Shown piece after piece: positions 43,557 to 54,415 of a DNA stretch of 64,000 bases. The DNA is taken from IMG/VR virus record IMGVR_UViG_3300045988_142892, one strand, 5' to 3'. The notes under the pieces were generated by a model. That model searched no databases. It saw nothing but the letters and a program-made list of their open reading frames with translations, and had not been told where the DNA came from. Position 1 is the stretch's first letter, and each line of letters opens with the position of its first letter. The stretch is from a virus. The translations under genes and the position numbers were made by a program.

Positions 43557-43994
43557 TTGAAAAAAGAACCTTTATTTAGTTATAATCCTGAATCAGGCGA
43601 AGCTTCTTGTTTAATTGAAGGCAAAGATGGTAATATTATTTATGGTATCGCTAAATGTCATCCTGATGATATGGATATGGCAAATGAAAAAACTGGATGT
43701 AATTATGCTTATAAACGAGCTTATATTAAAGTTTTACAAGCATACAAAAAAGAATTAAAAATTCAACTTGGAGCTTTAAATCAATTATATTATTCAATGA
43801 ATAGAAGCAAATATTTTAATCCTAAATCTTATGAAAATAAAATGCTTCAAAGACAAATTCGCCAAAAGCAAGACGACATTAGTTATGTAAATGACTCTAT
43901 TAAAAATGCTAAAGACGAATTAAATTATATCATAAAAGAAAAAGATAAATTTTACCAGAGTGTTCGTAAACATCGTAATGAGGCCAAGAATTAA
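43557..43994 (+). CDS. Hypothetical protein, paralogue of the 20610-20960 protein
   Basis: Shared GIAKCHPDDMDMANEKTGCNYAYKRA core. Confidence 0.5.
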   Translation: MKKEPLFSYNPESGEASCLIEGKDGNIIYGIAKCHPDDMDMANEKTGCNYAYKRAYIKVLQAYKKELKIQLGALNQLYYSMNRSKYFNPKSYENKMLQRQIRQKQDDISYVNDSIKNAKDELNYIIKEKDKFYQSVRKHRNEAKN

Positions 43995-44285
43995 AAATAA
44001 AAGTATATAAATTTTTATAAATGTTAAGAGGTAAAATCTTCAAATCCCTAATGAAAGGGTGAATATTTATTTTAACATTTATATTCGGAATAATATTTAT
44101 CGCATTTTTATACCCAATAGGAGATGGTTTAGTTAGTTTATTGACAACTTTTCTCGAATTGGTAAAGGGAAAATTAACTCTAAAAATAGCAGAGTATAAT
44201 TCCCAAATCGAAAAATTAGCAACCGATGCAAAGACTTCAGTCCACGCAGTAGGATTTGCTATACCAAACATAGAAGAGGAAGAAG

Positions 44286-45548
44286 ATGATGAGTACGAAG
44301 ATGTATAAATTTTATGATACTTGTAGTTTGCTGATGGCGGTTGATACATTTCTCCAAGAGGAAGAATATACACCAGTTATATCTTCTGTTACTTTAAAAG
44401 AATTAGAAAATATAAAAACATCCTCAAATAAAGATGCTGATGTTAAATATTCAGCTCGTAAAGTATTACATAAATTAAATGAAAATCCTAATAATTATAT
44501 TATCCAATTATTTAAATTAGACGGATTAAAAATAATTGAAGATTCTAACCTTCCAATTACTGATGATAGCAAAATTTTATCTACGGCAATTGAATTTAAA
44601 TTAGCCCATCCAAATACTATATTTATCACTAATGATTTATCATTAAAAGCAATGGCAAATCTTTTTTTTGACAAAGATCATATCCAAAGCATAGATGAAG
44701 AATTAATTGATGAGTATAAGGGATATGTAGAAATTACAATGTCAAATGCGGAAATGGCTGATTTCTATTCTAACCAATATGAAAATATTTATAATTTACA
44801 TATTAATGAATATTTAATTATAAAAGATAAAGATAATAATATCGTTGATAAAGTATGTTATACTGGTGATGGTTATCGTCCTATTTCATTTGGTAATTTT
44901 GATTCCGCTCAATTTGGAAAAGTAAAACCTATGAAAGATGACCCTTATCAAGCTTTATTTGCAGATAGTCTTATTAATAATACTATTACTATGGTTCGTG
45001 GCCCTGCGGGTTCAGGTAAAACTTATTTAAGTTTAGCCTTTTTAATGAATCAATTTGAACGTGGACGCATTGATAGAATCATTGTATTTTGTAATACAAT
45101 TGCCACTAAAAATTCTGCAAAATTAGGTTTTTATCCTGGCACCAGAGATGAAAAATTACTTGATAGCCAAATTGGCAATCTTTTAATTAGTAAATTTGGT
45201 GGTCGCTTAGCCGTTGAGCGCATGATTGAAAATGAACAATTAGTTCTTTTACCATTAAGTGATATCCGTGGTTATGATACTACTGGAATGAAAGCTGGTA
45301 TTTATATTTCTGAAGCACAAAATATGGATATTTCGCTTATGAAATTGACTTTACAACGTATCGGTGAAGATGGTATTTGTATCATTGATGGCGATGATAA
45401 AACTCAAGTTGATGATATTGCTTTTGCTGGGGCCAATAACGGTATGCGTCGTGCTTCTAAAGTATTTAGAGGATCAGATATATATGGCGAAATTGAATTA
45501 AAACAAATTCATCGTTCTAAAATTGCTGCACTAGCTGAACATATGTAA
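44286..45548 (+). CDS. PhoH-like ATPase with N-terminal PIN domain (YlaK/PhoH2-type)
   Basis: Walker A TMVRGPAGSGKTYLSLAF; N-terminal PIN-like region; 420 aa. Confidence 0.65.
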   Translation: MMSTKMYKFYDTCSLLMAVDTFLQEEEYTPVISSVTLKELENIKTSSNKDADVKYSARKVLHKLNENPNNYIIQLFKLDGLKIIEDSNLPITDDSKILSTAIEFKLAHPNTIFITNDLSLKAMANLFFDKDHIQSIDEELIDEYKGYVEITMSNAEMADFYSNQYENIYNLHINEYLIIKDKDNNIVDKVCYTGDGYRPISFGNFDSAQFGKVKPMKDDPYQALFADSLINNTITMVRGPAGSGKTYLSLAFLMNQFERGRIDRIIVFCNTIATKNSAKLGFYPGTRDEKLLDSQIGNLLISKFGGRLAVERMIENEQLVLLPLSDIRGYDTTGMKAGIYISEAQNMDISLMKLTLQRIGEDGICIIDGDDKTQVDDIAFAGANNGMRRASKVFRGSDIYGEIELKQIHRSKIAALAEHM

Positions 45549-45552
45549 TTAT

Positions 45553-45584
45553 AAGAAAGAGAAGATTTACTTCTTCTCTTTCTT
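45553..45584 (+). terminator. Rho-independent terminator
   Basis: aagaaagagaagatttacttcttctctttctt. Confidence 0.65.
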
Positions 45585-45610
45585 TTTTATTTTATAGAAA
45601 GGAGGATAAT

Positions 45611-46912
45611 ATGACTAATATTGAAATAGCTTGGAATTATTTGTATAAACAAATAAAAAATCCTTATGGGACGGCCGGACTAATGGGAAACTTAAAAGCT
45701 GAATCAAATTTTAATCCAAAAAATCTTCAAAACAGTTTTGAAAAGACACTTGGATTAAATGATGAATAGTATACAAAACAAGTCGATAATGGTAAATATA
45801 CTAATTTTATTTATGACAAAGCTGGATATGGTTTAGCTCAATGGACCTATTGGAGTCTTAAAAAACAATTATATGATTTTACAAAAAAGAAAAATACTTC
45901 AATAGGAAATTTAAATACGCAACTTGAATTTTTAATTTATCAACTTTCTACATATTATCCTACCGTTTGGAATACTTTAATAAATTGTAAAGATATATAG
46001 ACTGCTTCAAATATAGTTTTAACATAGTTTGAACGACCAAAAGATTAGAGTTTAAAAATTCAATAGTAGAGATTATATTATGGAGTTGAAATATATGATC
46101 AATTTATAGGAAAAGGTGAAGATATGAAAATTGTAGATAATTTAACAACATCTAATTATCAAAAAGGTAATAATAGAAAAATAAAATATATTGTAATACA
46201 TTATTTCGGTTCTTTAGGAACAGCAAAAAATATTAGTAATTATTTCAAAAACCCTGCCGCTAAATCATCAGCTCATTATTGTGTTGATGAAAAAGATATT
46301 ATTTATCGTAGTGTTAAAGATGAAGATATCGCTTGGCACTGTGGCACCAGAAAAGGATATAAACATCCTGAGTGTAGAAATGCTAATTCCATTGGAATTG
46401 AAGTAAGACCTTGTAAAATAAATAAATCTAATATTGTAGCCAGTGATACTGATTGGTATTTTGATCCAAAAGCATTAGAAAATACAATACAATTAGTAAA
46501 ACAATTAATGTAGAAATATAATATACCTGCGGACCACGTTATTCGCCACTATGATGTAACTGGTAAATTATGTCCTCGTCCGTTGTGCGGAACTGACATG
46601 AATAGTTATTATAGAACAAGTGGCGATTACCAATGGTAGTTATTTAAACAAAAAATTGGTAATAATATAAATATTAATGAGGAGGATGAAGATATGACTT
46701 AGGATAAATTTAATGAGATGATGGAAGTTTATTTAAATCAACAAGCCGAAAAAAATGCAAGTTCTTGGTCTGAAAAGGAAAGAACTTGGGCTGAAAATAA
46801 AGGATACATTAAAGGCGATAGTTTAAATCGTAAGATGTATAAAAAATTTATGACTCGTGAAGAAATGATTGTAGTTCTTTATAGAATTATGAAAGATAAA
46901 GGGTTGGTGTAA
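45611..46912 (+). CDS. Multidomain endolysin: phage-lysozyme-2-like domain plus amidase_2 (N-acetylmuramoyl-L-alanine amidase) plus C-terminal domain; reads through about 9 in-frame TAGs
   Basis: One frame is open from ATG 45611 to TAA 46910 if TAG is read as sense. N-terminal YGTAGLMGNLKAESNFNP...FERP is lysozyme-like; IVIHYFGS...AHYCVDE...IRHYDVTGKLCPRP is amidase_2. TAGs at 45767, 45998, 46025, 46046, 46064, 46067, 46511, 46637 and 46700. Confidence 0.55.
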
Positions 46913-46913
46913 T

Positions 46914-47309
46914 ATGAAACAAAAAAGAGAATTTTCTAAAACTCTGTTAATTCAAGAGTCTGCCTTAATTTGGATTTCAACATTAGCATATATTGTTTTA
47001 GCATTTTATTGTATTTATAATGGATATATGGGTTCTTTACCCTGGCTTACCGCAAGCGCAAGTCTTCCTTGGGCGGCATATGGCGTGAGCCAAGTATATT
47101 ATTATAAAAAATCAATGGCTGAAAATACTAAAGATGGCGTTAAATATGCTTCAGTTATGAAAGAGCTTGATGAAGCTTATAATAATTATAAAAAAGAATT
47201 AAATAATACACCAACAGTAGATAATACTGAAACCACTTCTATGAGTTATTATACCGAAGACGATTATAGCGATAATAGTGATCCTATAAATACTGATTAT
47301 GGTATTTAA
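46914..47309 (+). CDS. Holin candidate (two-TM membrane protein)
   Basis: Two hydrophobic helices (LIWISTLAYIVLAFYCIY; LPWLTASASLPWAAYGV) and an acidic C-terminus; directly downstream of the endolysin. Confidence 0.45.
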   Translation: MKQKREFSKTLLIQESALIWISTLAYIVLAFYCIYNGYMGSLPWLTASASLPWAAYGVSQVYYYKKSMAENTKDGVKYASVMKELDEAYNNYKKELNNTPTVDNTETTSMSYYTEDDYSDNSDPINTDYGI

Positions 47310-47326
47310 TATAAAATTGGATAGTA

Positions 47327-47355
47327 TATTTTATATACTATCCAATTTTTTTATT
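47327..47355 (+). terminator. Rho-independent terminator
   Basis: ttggatagtatattttatatactatccaa followed by ttttttt. Confidence 0.65.
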
Positions 47356-47448
47356 TATATCTCTGGGCGTTTCTCTTAAATATATTATACAAAAAATTTT
47401 TTATCTCTGTCAAGTTTTATTTAAATCGGCATTTTAGGCCACGATTTT

Positions 47449-47477
47449 TTGACTTTCCAAAATATTTTTGTTATAAT
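47449..47477 (+). promoter_or_regulatory. Conserved phage promoter, sigma70-like
   Basis: ttgact at 47449-47454, 17-nt spacer, tataat at 47472-47477. Confidence 0.55.
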
Positions 47478-47498
47478 ATATTTATAAAATAAAGAAAT

Positions 47499-48128
47499 AT
47501 GTTATTGGAGAAAAATATGAGTAATTATATTAATCATTTAAATACTGTTTTGACACATAAAAAATATGTATTTAAATATTGTAAAATGGCTGGTATTCCT
47601 TGGCGCGGTATTAAGCATGATTTATCCAAGTTTACTCCCATTGAGTTCATTGAATCCGCTCACTATTGGACCGGTAATCGTTCTCCAATTGATAATTGTA
47701 AAGATATTAATGGATTTAGTAAAGCATGGCAACATCATAAAGGCCACAATACTCATCATTGGGAGTATTGGATTGATGATATTAAAGATGGTGGAGTAGG
47801 CCATCCAAAAGCACTATTAATGCCTTATGAAGATACCGTTGAACTTCTTTGTGATTATTTGGGTGCGGGAGCCGCCTATATGAAAGACAAATTTAATGCG
47901 GAAAGCGAATTAAATTGGTGGCTTAAAAAGCGTGAAGAAGTCTTGATGCACCCAGTTGTTAAATCTTTTGTTAATGTAATTTTTCTTAGATGGAAAAATG
48001 GAACTCCTATTGAAGAATTACTTAATAAAAAATATTTAAAGAAATTATATGATGATTTAGTTTATGATTATAAATTAAATCAAATTATTCCTAAAGTTAA
48101 GGAGGAATCTAATGGCAACGACAATTAA
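47499..48128 (+). CDS. HD-domain-like phosphohydrolase, hypothetical
   Basis: GIKHDLSKF (HD...K) and HHKGHNTHHWEYW His-rich metal-binding-like motifs. Confidence 0.4.
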   Translation: MLLEKNMSNYINHLNTVLTHKKYVFKYCKMAGIPWRGIKHDLSKFTPIEFIESAHYWTGNRSPIDNCKDINGFSKAWQHHKGHNTHHWEYWIDDIKDGGVGHPKALLMPYEDTVELLCDYLGAGAAYMKDKFNAESELNWWLKKREEVLMHPVVKSFVNVIFLRWKNGTPIEELLNKKYLKKLYDDLVYDYKLNQIIPKVKEESNGNDN

Positions 48129-50022
48129 TTTAGATTCTTATGGAGTAAAAGATATTAAAACTCTTGAAGGTATAGAAGCAATTCGTCTTAGACCAGGTAT
48201 GTATATTGGTTCTACTGGACCGGATGGAGTTAAACATATTACTCTTGAAATTATTTCAAATGCGGTTGATGAATATTTAAATGGTCATTGTACCCGTTGT
48301 GATATTTCAGTATCTAAAGATGGTTATGTTGAAATCCGCGATAATGGACGTGGTGTTCCTTTTGGAAAAGCTAAAGACGGTAGTGAAACATTAGTAAATA
48401 TTTATACTAAACTTCATACCGGTGCAAAATTTGATAGCAACGGAAAAACTGGATATAATACATCTGGTGGTATGAACGGCGTTGGCGCTAAAGCCACTAA
48501 CGCTCTTTCTCGTTATTTTCAAGTAGCATCTTTCCGCGATGGCAAACACGCTGTTGCGTCTTTTGAAAAAGGAAAATTAAAAGATTATCAAGAAGAAAAA
48601 TGGGCTGGTAAAGAGACCGGAACTTGGGTTAAATTTTTGCCAGATGAAAGTATTTTTAAAGAAGGTATTCTTCTTGATTATGATGCTTTAAGAAAACAAA
48701 TTCAAGAATTAGCTTATCTTTCTCCTGGCATGGTATTTCATTTTACTTATCTTGATAAACCAGAAGAAGAGATTACTTCAAAAAATGGTATTCTTGATTA
48801 TATTAAAGATTTAAATAGTAATAAAACTTCTCTTACTTCAATTTTTTATACTGAAAATATTGAAGATAGAATTGGTGTAAAAATTGCTATGGAGTATAAC
48901 GATACTTATAGCGATACTTATAAACTTTATACTAATTCAATTCCTAATAGTGGTGGAACGCATCTGACCGGTTTTAGAACAGCACTTACTACTTCTATTA
49001 ATGAATACGCTCGTGATAAAGGTCTTTTGAAAGAAAAAGACGCTAATATCACTGGTGAAGAACTTAAAGAAGGATTAAGTCTTGTTCTTTCATTTATTAT
49101 GCCTGATCCAGTTTTCTCCGGTCAAACTAAAGATGTTTTATCCAGTAGTGAAGCAAGAACTATTGTTCAACGCCTTGTCTCAAAAGATTTAAAAATTTGG
49201 CTCGACAATAATCCAAAAGATGCTAAAGCTATTGTAGACAAGGCAATGTTAGCGCGTGCGGCCCGTGAAAAAGCGAAAAAGGCTAAAGAAACCGTTCGTA
49301 AAGTTGATACGAAGAAAAGAACTATTTTACCTGGCACATTAAGCGATGCTAATAGTAAAAATAGAAGTGAATGTGAAATTTTTATTGTTGAAGGTCGTTC
49401 TGCGGAAGGTCCCACTAAGGAAGCTCGTAACCGCAATACGCAAGCAGTTTTACCCGTAAGAGGTAAAATTCTTAATACTTTAAAAACAGATTTGCATAAA
49501 GCATTAGGAAATAAAGAAATTAGTGCGATGATTGATGCTTTTGGTCTTGAAGTTAAAGATGGTAAAGTAATTGTAGATGAATCTAAATTACGTTATGGCA
49601 AGATTATTATTACAGCGGATGCCGATGTTGATGGTAGCCATATTCGTATTTTATTTCTTACATTTATTTGGAAGTTTGCACCTGAATTAATTGAAAAAGG
49701 TTATATTTACGCTGCGGTTCCACCTCTTTATAAAGCGACTTGGGGCACAAATATTAAATATCTTAAAGATGACGCTGCCCTTGAAGCATTCAGAAAAACT
49801 ATGAATCGATCTTTTGAGTTGGGTCGAATGAAGGGTCTTGGAGAAATGGATACTCATGAAATGGAATTGGTTATGAATCCAGAAACTCGCACCTTAAAAC
49901 AGATTACAATGGACGATATGAATCTCGTCAATAAAACATTTATGGATTTAATGGGCGAATCAGTTGGCCCTCGTAAATCTTTCATTGAGTTAAATGCAGA
50001 AAGGGCCAATATTGATGTATAA
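48112..50022 (+). CDS. DNA topoisomerase II ATPase subunit (GyrB/ParE-like)
   Basis: GHKL N-box EIISNAVDEYLNG, the GG..GVGA box, and a TOPRIM region EIFIVEGRSAEG...ITADADVDGSHI; 636 aa. Confidence 0.8.
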   Translation: MATTINLDSYGVKDIKTLEGIEAIRLRPGMYIGSTGPDGVKHITLEIISNAVDEYLNGHCTRCDISVSKDGYVEIRDNGRGVPFGKAKDGSETLVNIYTKLHTGAKFDSNGKTGYNTSGGMNGVGAKATNALSRYFQVASFRDGKHAVASFEKGKLKDYQEEKWAGKETGTWVKFLPDESIFKEGILLDYDALRKQIQELAYLSPGMVFHFTYLDKPEEEITSKNGILDYIKDLNSNKTSLTSIFYTENIEDRIGVKIAMEYNDTYSDTYKLYTNSIPNSGGTHLTGFRTALTTSINEYARDKGLLKEKDANITGEELKEGLSLVLSFIMPDPVFSGQTKDVLSSSEARTIVQRLVSKDLKIWLDNNPKDAKAIVDKAMLARAAREKAKKAKETVRKVDTKKRTILPGTLSDANSKNRSECEIFIVEGRSAEGPTKEARNRNTQAVLPVRGKILNTLKTDLHKALGNKEISAMIDAFGLEVKDGKVIVDESKLRYGKIIITADADVDGSHIRILFLTFIWKFAPELIEKGYIYAAVPPLYKATWGTNIKYLKDDAALEAFRKTMNRSFELGRMKGLGEMDTHEMELVMNPETRTLKQITMDDMNLVNKTFMDLMGESVGPRKSFIELNAERANIDV

Positions 50023-50305
50023 AACTGATAAGGAATATGTAAGTAATTATAAAGGAACACCTATTGAAATAATTCCTATTCGTAAAGATGACATTATTTT
50101 AGCTCATGTTAATAAAGATATTGATATAATTACTTGTAGAGACCTCCACGAACAATTACAAAAGTTATTTCCAGATAATAAAGTAAATATTATTAACGAT
50201 TATTTTATTGATAAAATTACTATTTTTACTAATAGCTCTTTTAATATTGATTGTGGAGAAAATGAATTCTTAGGGAGGCCATCACATGATTGCGATTTAT
50301 ACTGA
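50015..50305 (+). CDS. Hypothetical protein
   Basis: ATG 50015 overlaps the gyrB-like stop; ends at the RNase H start. Confidence 0.35.
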   Translation: MYKTDKEYVSNYKGTPIEIIPIRKDDIILAHVNKDIDIITCRDLHEQLQKLFPDNKVNIINDYFIDKITIFTNSSFNIDCGENEFLGRPSHDCDLY

Positions 50306-50810
50306 TGGATCTTGTCGTGGAAACGGTAAAATAAATAATAGCGGTGGTTATGGGTTTGTTGTTGTTGAATATGATAGCAATCCTGAGAATGGTATTGTAA
50401 TTGATGCTTATCAATTAAATGCTTTTGAAGATACTACCAATAACCGTGAAGAAATAAAAGCTATTCTTCATGTATTAAAAAAATATGGTAAACGTGATAA
50501 TGGAGAATGGACTAATGATATCCCTATTGTATATAGTGATTCAGCCTATTGTGTAAATACTTTTACTAATTGGATGTATGGATGGGAGCGTAATAATTGG
50601 ATTAAATCCAATAAAAAAGCTCCAGAAAATCTTGATTTAATTAAAGATTATTATGAAACAGAAAAAGAAGTCAAAATTGATTTAAGAAAAATTTCCGGGC
50701 ATGATGGCCATTTGTGGAATGAGTTAGCAGATGGTCTTGCTACTGGAAAAATTACAGCTGAGGAGGTCCTTAAAAAATATGGGAGAGATTCTAAAAACTC
50801 CAATAGTTAA
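50286..50810 (+). CDS. RNase H
   Basis: N-terminal IAIYTDGSCRGNG (the D..DGS catalytic Asp region) and a C-terminal H...D motif; 174 aa. Confidence 0.7.
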   Translation: MIAIYTDGSCRGNGKINNSGGYGFVVVEYDSNPENGIVIDAYQLNAFEDTTNNREEIKAILHVLKKYGKRDNGEWTNDIPIVYSDSAYCVNTFTNWMYGWERNNWIKSNKKAPENLDLIKDYYETEKEVKIDLRKISGHDGHLWNELADGLATGKITAEEVLKKYGRDSKNSNS

Positions 50811-53154
50811 TGAAGTGGAGCAATCCTTCCTGGATTACTCTTTAAGTGTAATAACTGATAGAGCAATTCCATCCGCAGAAGATGGATTGAAACCAGTTGC
50901 AAGACGTATTCTTTATGATATGTTTGATAAAGGATACTTTAATAATAAAAAGTTTGTTAAGTGCGCTCAGCCAGTTGGTGATGCTATGGGTCGTTTTCAC
51001 CCTCATGGCGATAGCTCTATTTATGGAGCTTTATGTATTTTAAGCCAACCTTGGACAATGCGTTATCCATTAATTTCATTCCATGGCAATAATGGTAGTC
51101 GTGATGGTGGAGAACCAGCAGCATATCGTTATACTGAATGTAAGTTATCTAAAATTGGCGAAGAAATGCTTGCTGACATTAAAAAGAATACTTGCGATTG
51201 GCAATTAGCTTATACTGATGTTGAAAATGAACCAGTGTATTTGCCGGGCCGAATTCCGCACCTTCTTGTAAATGGCACTACTGGTATTGCAGTTGCTATG
51301 GCTTGTTCTTTTGCTCCACATAATTTAACTGAAATTATGGATGCAATTATTTACACTTTACGCAATAGTGAGTGTAAAGTTGAAGATTTACTTCAATTTG
51401 TTCAAGGTCCTGATTTTCCTACTGGTGGAACTGTTATCAATAAAGATGAATTAAAAACTGCTTATTTAACTGGTAAAGGTCGAGCTCGTATGAGAGCGGA
51501 CTATGTAATTGAGCATGAAAAAACACATGATTTAATTGTATTTACTACAATTCCTTATAAAGTTTCAAAAGATACTCTTTGTGAAGATATTGATAAACTT
51601 TGTGAAGAGGGTAAATTAAATGGTATTGTTGCCATTAGAGATGAGAGCACGAAAGATGGAGTACGTTTTGTAATTGAACTTGATAAGGGCGTTAGTGCTC
51701 AACCTATCATTTCTAAACTTTATAAGTTATCTCGTCTTGAAGAAACGTATAGTTTTAATCAGGTTGCTCTTGTTAATAAGAAACCAAAACTTTTAAATCT
51801 TAAACAGCTTATTGAAATTTATATTAGTCATCAAAAAGATGTCTTATTAAGAAAAACAAAATATGAATATGATAAAGCACAAGCGCGTATCCATATTTTA
51901 AATGGTATTCTTAAAGCTCTTGAAGATATTGATAATGTAATTGCTCTTATTAAAAAGAGTGAAAGTGCGGCAGCTGCGCGCCAAGCTTTGATGACTCAGT
52001 ATAACTTGGATGAAGACCAGGCTAAGGCAATTCTTGATATTAAATTAAGTAGACTGGCTCGTTTAGAAAAAGTTGAGATCCAAGAGGAAAGAGATAATTT
52101 AATTAAGGAGAGCGAGCGTTTAGCTTTAATTCTTAAAGACCCTACTGATGAACTTGAAAAGATTTTCATTACTATTAAAAATACTTATGGTGATGCACGT
52201 ATTACTAAAATTATTCAAGCTCCAGTAGAAAAAGAAGATAAAGAAATTGAATATGTTGAACCTGAGAAATGTGTTGTTGTAATGACTGAGGGCGGAACAA
52301 TTAAGCGTATTCCAACAACTTCTTATCGCACGCAAAAGAAAAATGGTAAAGGTATTAAATCTCAAGAAGATATTACCTCTTGTGTTTTAAGAACTAATAC
52401 CATTGATTCTCTAATGATTTTCTCAAATAAAGGTGTAATGTATCGTCTTTTAGTTGACAATATTCCAGTAGGAACAAATAGTTCACAAGGCCAATCTATT
52501 AAGAGTCTTGTAAATATGGCTCCTGATGAAAGTCCTGAGACAATGTATTCAATTTATAGAGATACTGATGCCAAATATGTATTATTTACTACTAAGAATG
52601 GACTTGTAAAGAAAACCGCTTTGGAAGAGTATATTAATACAAAGAAAAAGACTGGTATTGTCGCAATTAGCTTGCGCGAAGGTGATAGTTTGGCATCTGT
52701 ATGTTTAATTAAAGATGAGCCTATTGTATTAACAACTAAAAATGGTATGGGAATTAAATTTAATTCTACAGACATTACCGCGACCTCTCGTGCTACTGCT
52801 GGAGTTAAAGGTATTAATCTTAACGAAGGCGATGAAGTAATTTCTACTATGCCAATTCGACATGATACTGATTCTATAGCAGTATTTAGTGAAAATGGCT
52901 TAGGAAAGAAATTATCTTTAAATGAATTGACTTTACAAAAACGTGGTGGTAAAGGACTTAATATATATAAAACGAGTGGGTCTACCGGCCCATTGACCGC
53001 AACTGCGTTAATTGCTGATGAAGATAATCTACTTATTACTGGGGATAAAGCATCTATTTGCATTTCCGCGAAAGATATTCCTGCTCTTGGGCGTATTTCT
53101 ATTGGTAATCAGATTATTAAGTCTAGTAAGATTAAGTCAGTAACTAAGGTATAA
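50779..53154 (+). CDS. DNA topoisomerase II DNA breakage-reunion subunit (GyrA/ParC-like)
   Basis: RAIPSAEDGLKPVARRILYDM; active-site region EPAAYRYTE; RBS gaggaggtccttaaaaaatatg at 50779. Confidence 0.8.
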   Translation: MGEILKTPIVNEVEQSFLDYSLSVITDRAIPSAEDGLKPVARRILYDMFDKGYFNNKKFVKCAQPVGDAMGRFHPHGDSSIYGALCILSQPWTMRYPLISFHGNNGSRDGGEPAAYRYTECKLSKIGEEMLADIKKNTCDWQLAYTDVENEPVYLPGRIPHLLVNGTTGIAVAMACSFAPHNLTEIMDAIIYTLRNSECKVEDLLQFVQGPDFPTGGTVINKDELKTAYLTGKGRARMRADYVIEHEKTHDLIVFTTIPYKVSKDTLCEDIDKLCEEGKLNGIVAIRDESTKDGVRFVIELDKGVSAQPIISKLYKLSRLEETYSFNQVALVNKKPKLLNLKQLIEIYISHQKDVLLRKTKYEYDKAQARIHILNGILKALEDIDNVIALIKKSESAAAARQALMTQYNLDEDQAKAILDIKLSRLARLEKVEIQEERDNLIKESERLALILKDPTDELEKIFITIKNTYGDARITKIIQAPVEKEDKEIEYVEPEKCVVVMTEGGTIKRIPTTSYRTQKKNGKGIKSQEDITSCVLRTNTIDSLMIFSNKGVMYRLLVDNIPVGTNSSQGQSIKSLVNMAPDESPETMYSIYRDTDAKYVLFTTKNGLVKKTALEEYINTKKKTGIVAISLREGDSLASVCLIKDEPIVLTTKNGMGIKFNSTDITATSRATAGVKGINLNEGDEVISTMPIRHDTDSIAVFSENGLGKKLSLNELTLQKRGGKGLNIYKTSGSTGPLTATALIADEDNLLITGDKASICISAKDIPALGRISIGNQIIKSSKIKSVTKV

Positions 53155-53187
53155 AATCTCATAAAGGAGGATACAATCCTCCTTTAC

Positions 53188-53216
53188 TTGATTTTTTTAA
53201 AAAATTTTTCTATAAT
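53188..53216 (+). promoter_or_regulatory. Conserved phage promoter, sigma70-like
   Basis: ttgatt at 53188-53193, 17-nt spacer, tataat at 53211-53216. Confidence 0.5.
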
Positions 53217-53245
53217 ATATTTAAAGATAGGACGGAAATAAATCA

Positions 53246-54364
53246 ATGAGTTTCTCTAAAGAATTGCTTGATAAGTATGCTCCAGAAGCAGATTGTATCC
53301 AAGCGATGAAAATTTGGAAATTGCCCGATGGTAAAGAGAGTTTTTTCCCCGTTGTTTGTAATAGCGGTGAATATTTTGCTGAATTGAAAAAAGATGGATA
53401 TTGGTATCAGTATGAAAAGACAGAACATTATGATTATTTATTTAGTCGTAATGTAAGTGCAAATACTGGTATTTTAACTGAAAAGTTAGCAAATGTCCCT
53501 CATATTCATGAAGCACTCAAAGATTTACCTTCCGGCACTATTTTAATAGGTGAAATTTATTATCCAGGTAAGACTTCTAAAGATGTGACTAAAATTATGG
53601 GATGTTTAGCCCCTGAAGCGATTAAACGTCAGCAGTCCAGTGGATTAATCCATTATTATTTGCATGATGTTATTAAATATAATGGAATTAATATTCAAAA
53701 TGAGGGTGCTTGGACACGTTATCAGGTATTAAAAGCCATTTGGGATAAATTTAATTTAAGTCAATATTCTTATATGGAACTTGCAGATGCAGTTCTTGAT
53801 AATATTCAAGAGTTTACTGCGGCCGCTCTTGCTGCGGGTGAAGAAGGCGCAGTTTTGAAGAAAAAAGATGCTCCATATATTCCAGATAAACGACCGGCAT
53901 GGTCTTCTATTAAAATTAAAAAGATGGATTATGTTGATTGTATTTGCATTGGATTTGAAGATGCAACTAAATATTATGATGGTAAAGAAATCACGACTTG
54001 GCCTTATTGGGAAAAAGTTTTAGATGATGGTACTACTATTCAGTTGCATGTTTGCCAATATGGTGATACTGATTGGCAACCAATTACCAAAGGCTATTAT
54101 TATGGATGGAAGACATCTATGAAGTTAGGCGCCTATGATGATAAAGGAAATCTTATTGAAATCGGAACGGTATCCTCTGGATTAACTGATGAACTTAAAG
54201 AAGCTTTTGCTAAGGAACCTGAAAAATACCTTAACCAAGTAGTTTCTATACAGTGCATGGAAAAAAATAGCAAAGATCACACTTTAAGACATGGATTTTT
54301 TAAAGGATTCCGCGATGATAAGAACATTACCGACTGCACTTTGGCGGAATGTTTTGACAAATAA
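53246..54364 (+). CDS. ATP-dependent DNA ligase
   Basis: Motif I ELKKDGYW (KxDG); 372 aa with adenylation and OB-like regions. Confidence 0.7.
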   Translation: MSFSKELLDKYAPEADCIQAMKIWKLPDGKESFFPVVCNSGEYFAELKKDGYWYQYEKTEHYDYLFSRNVSANTGILTEKLANVPHIHEALKDLPSGTILIGEIYYPGKTSKDVTKIMGCLAPEAIKRQQSSGLIHYYLHDVIKYNGINIQNEGAWTRYQVLKAIWDKFNLSQYSYMELADAVLDNIQEFTAAALAAGEEGAVLKKKDAPYIPDKRPAWSSIKIKKMDYVDCICIGFEDATKYYDGKEITTWPYWEKVLDDGTTIQLHVCQYGDTDWQPITKGYYYGWKTSMKLGAYDDKGNLIEIGTVSSGLTDELKEAFAKEPEKYLNQVVSIQCMEKNSKDHTLRHGFFKGFRDDKNITDCTLAECFDK

Positions 54365-54415
54365 AAAAATTTTTTGTAAAATAGACTTGTAAAAATTAAG
54401 GAAGAAAATTTTTAA

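Noticed and set aside
44070-44307. Hydrophobic frame upstream of PhoH (IFILTFIFGIIFIAFLYPIGDG...EEEEDDEYEDV) that could be a holin or membrane peptide
   Set aside because: No ATG/GTG start: the only in-frame ATG is followed at once by TGA, leaving only a late in-frame TTG at 44143. Not called.
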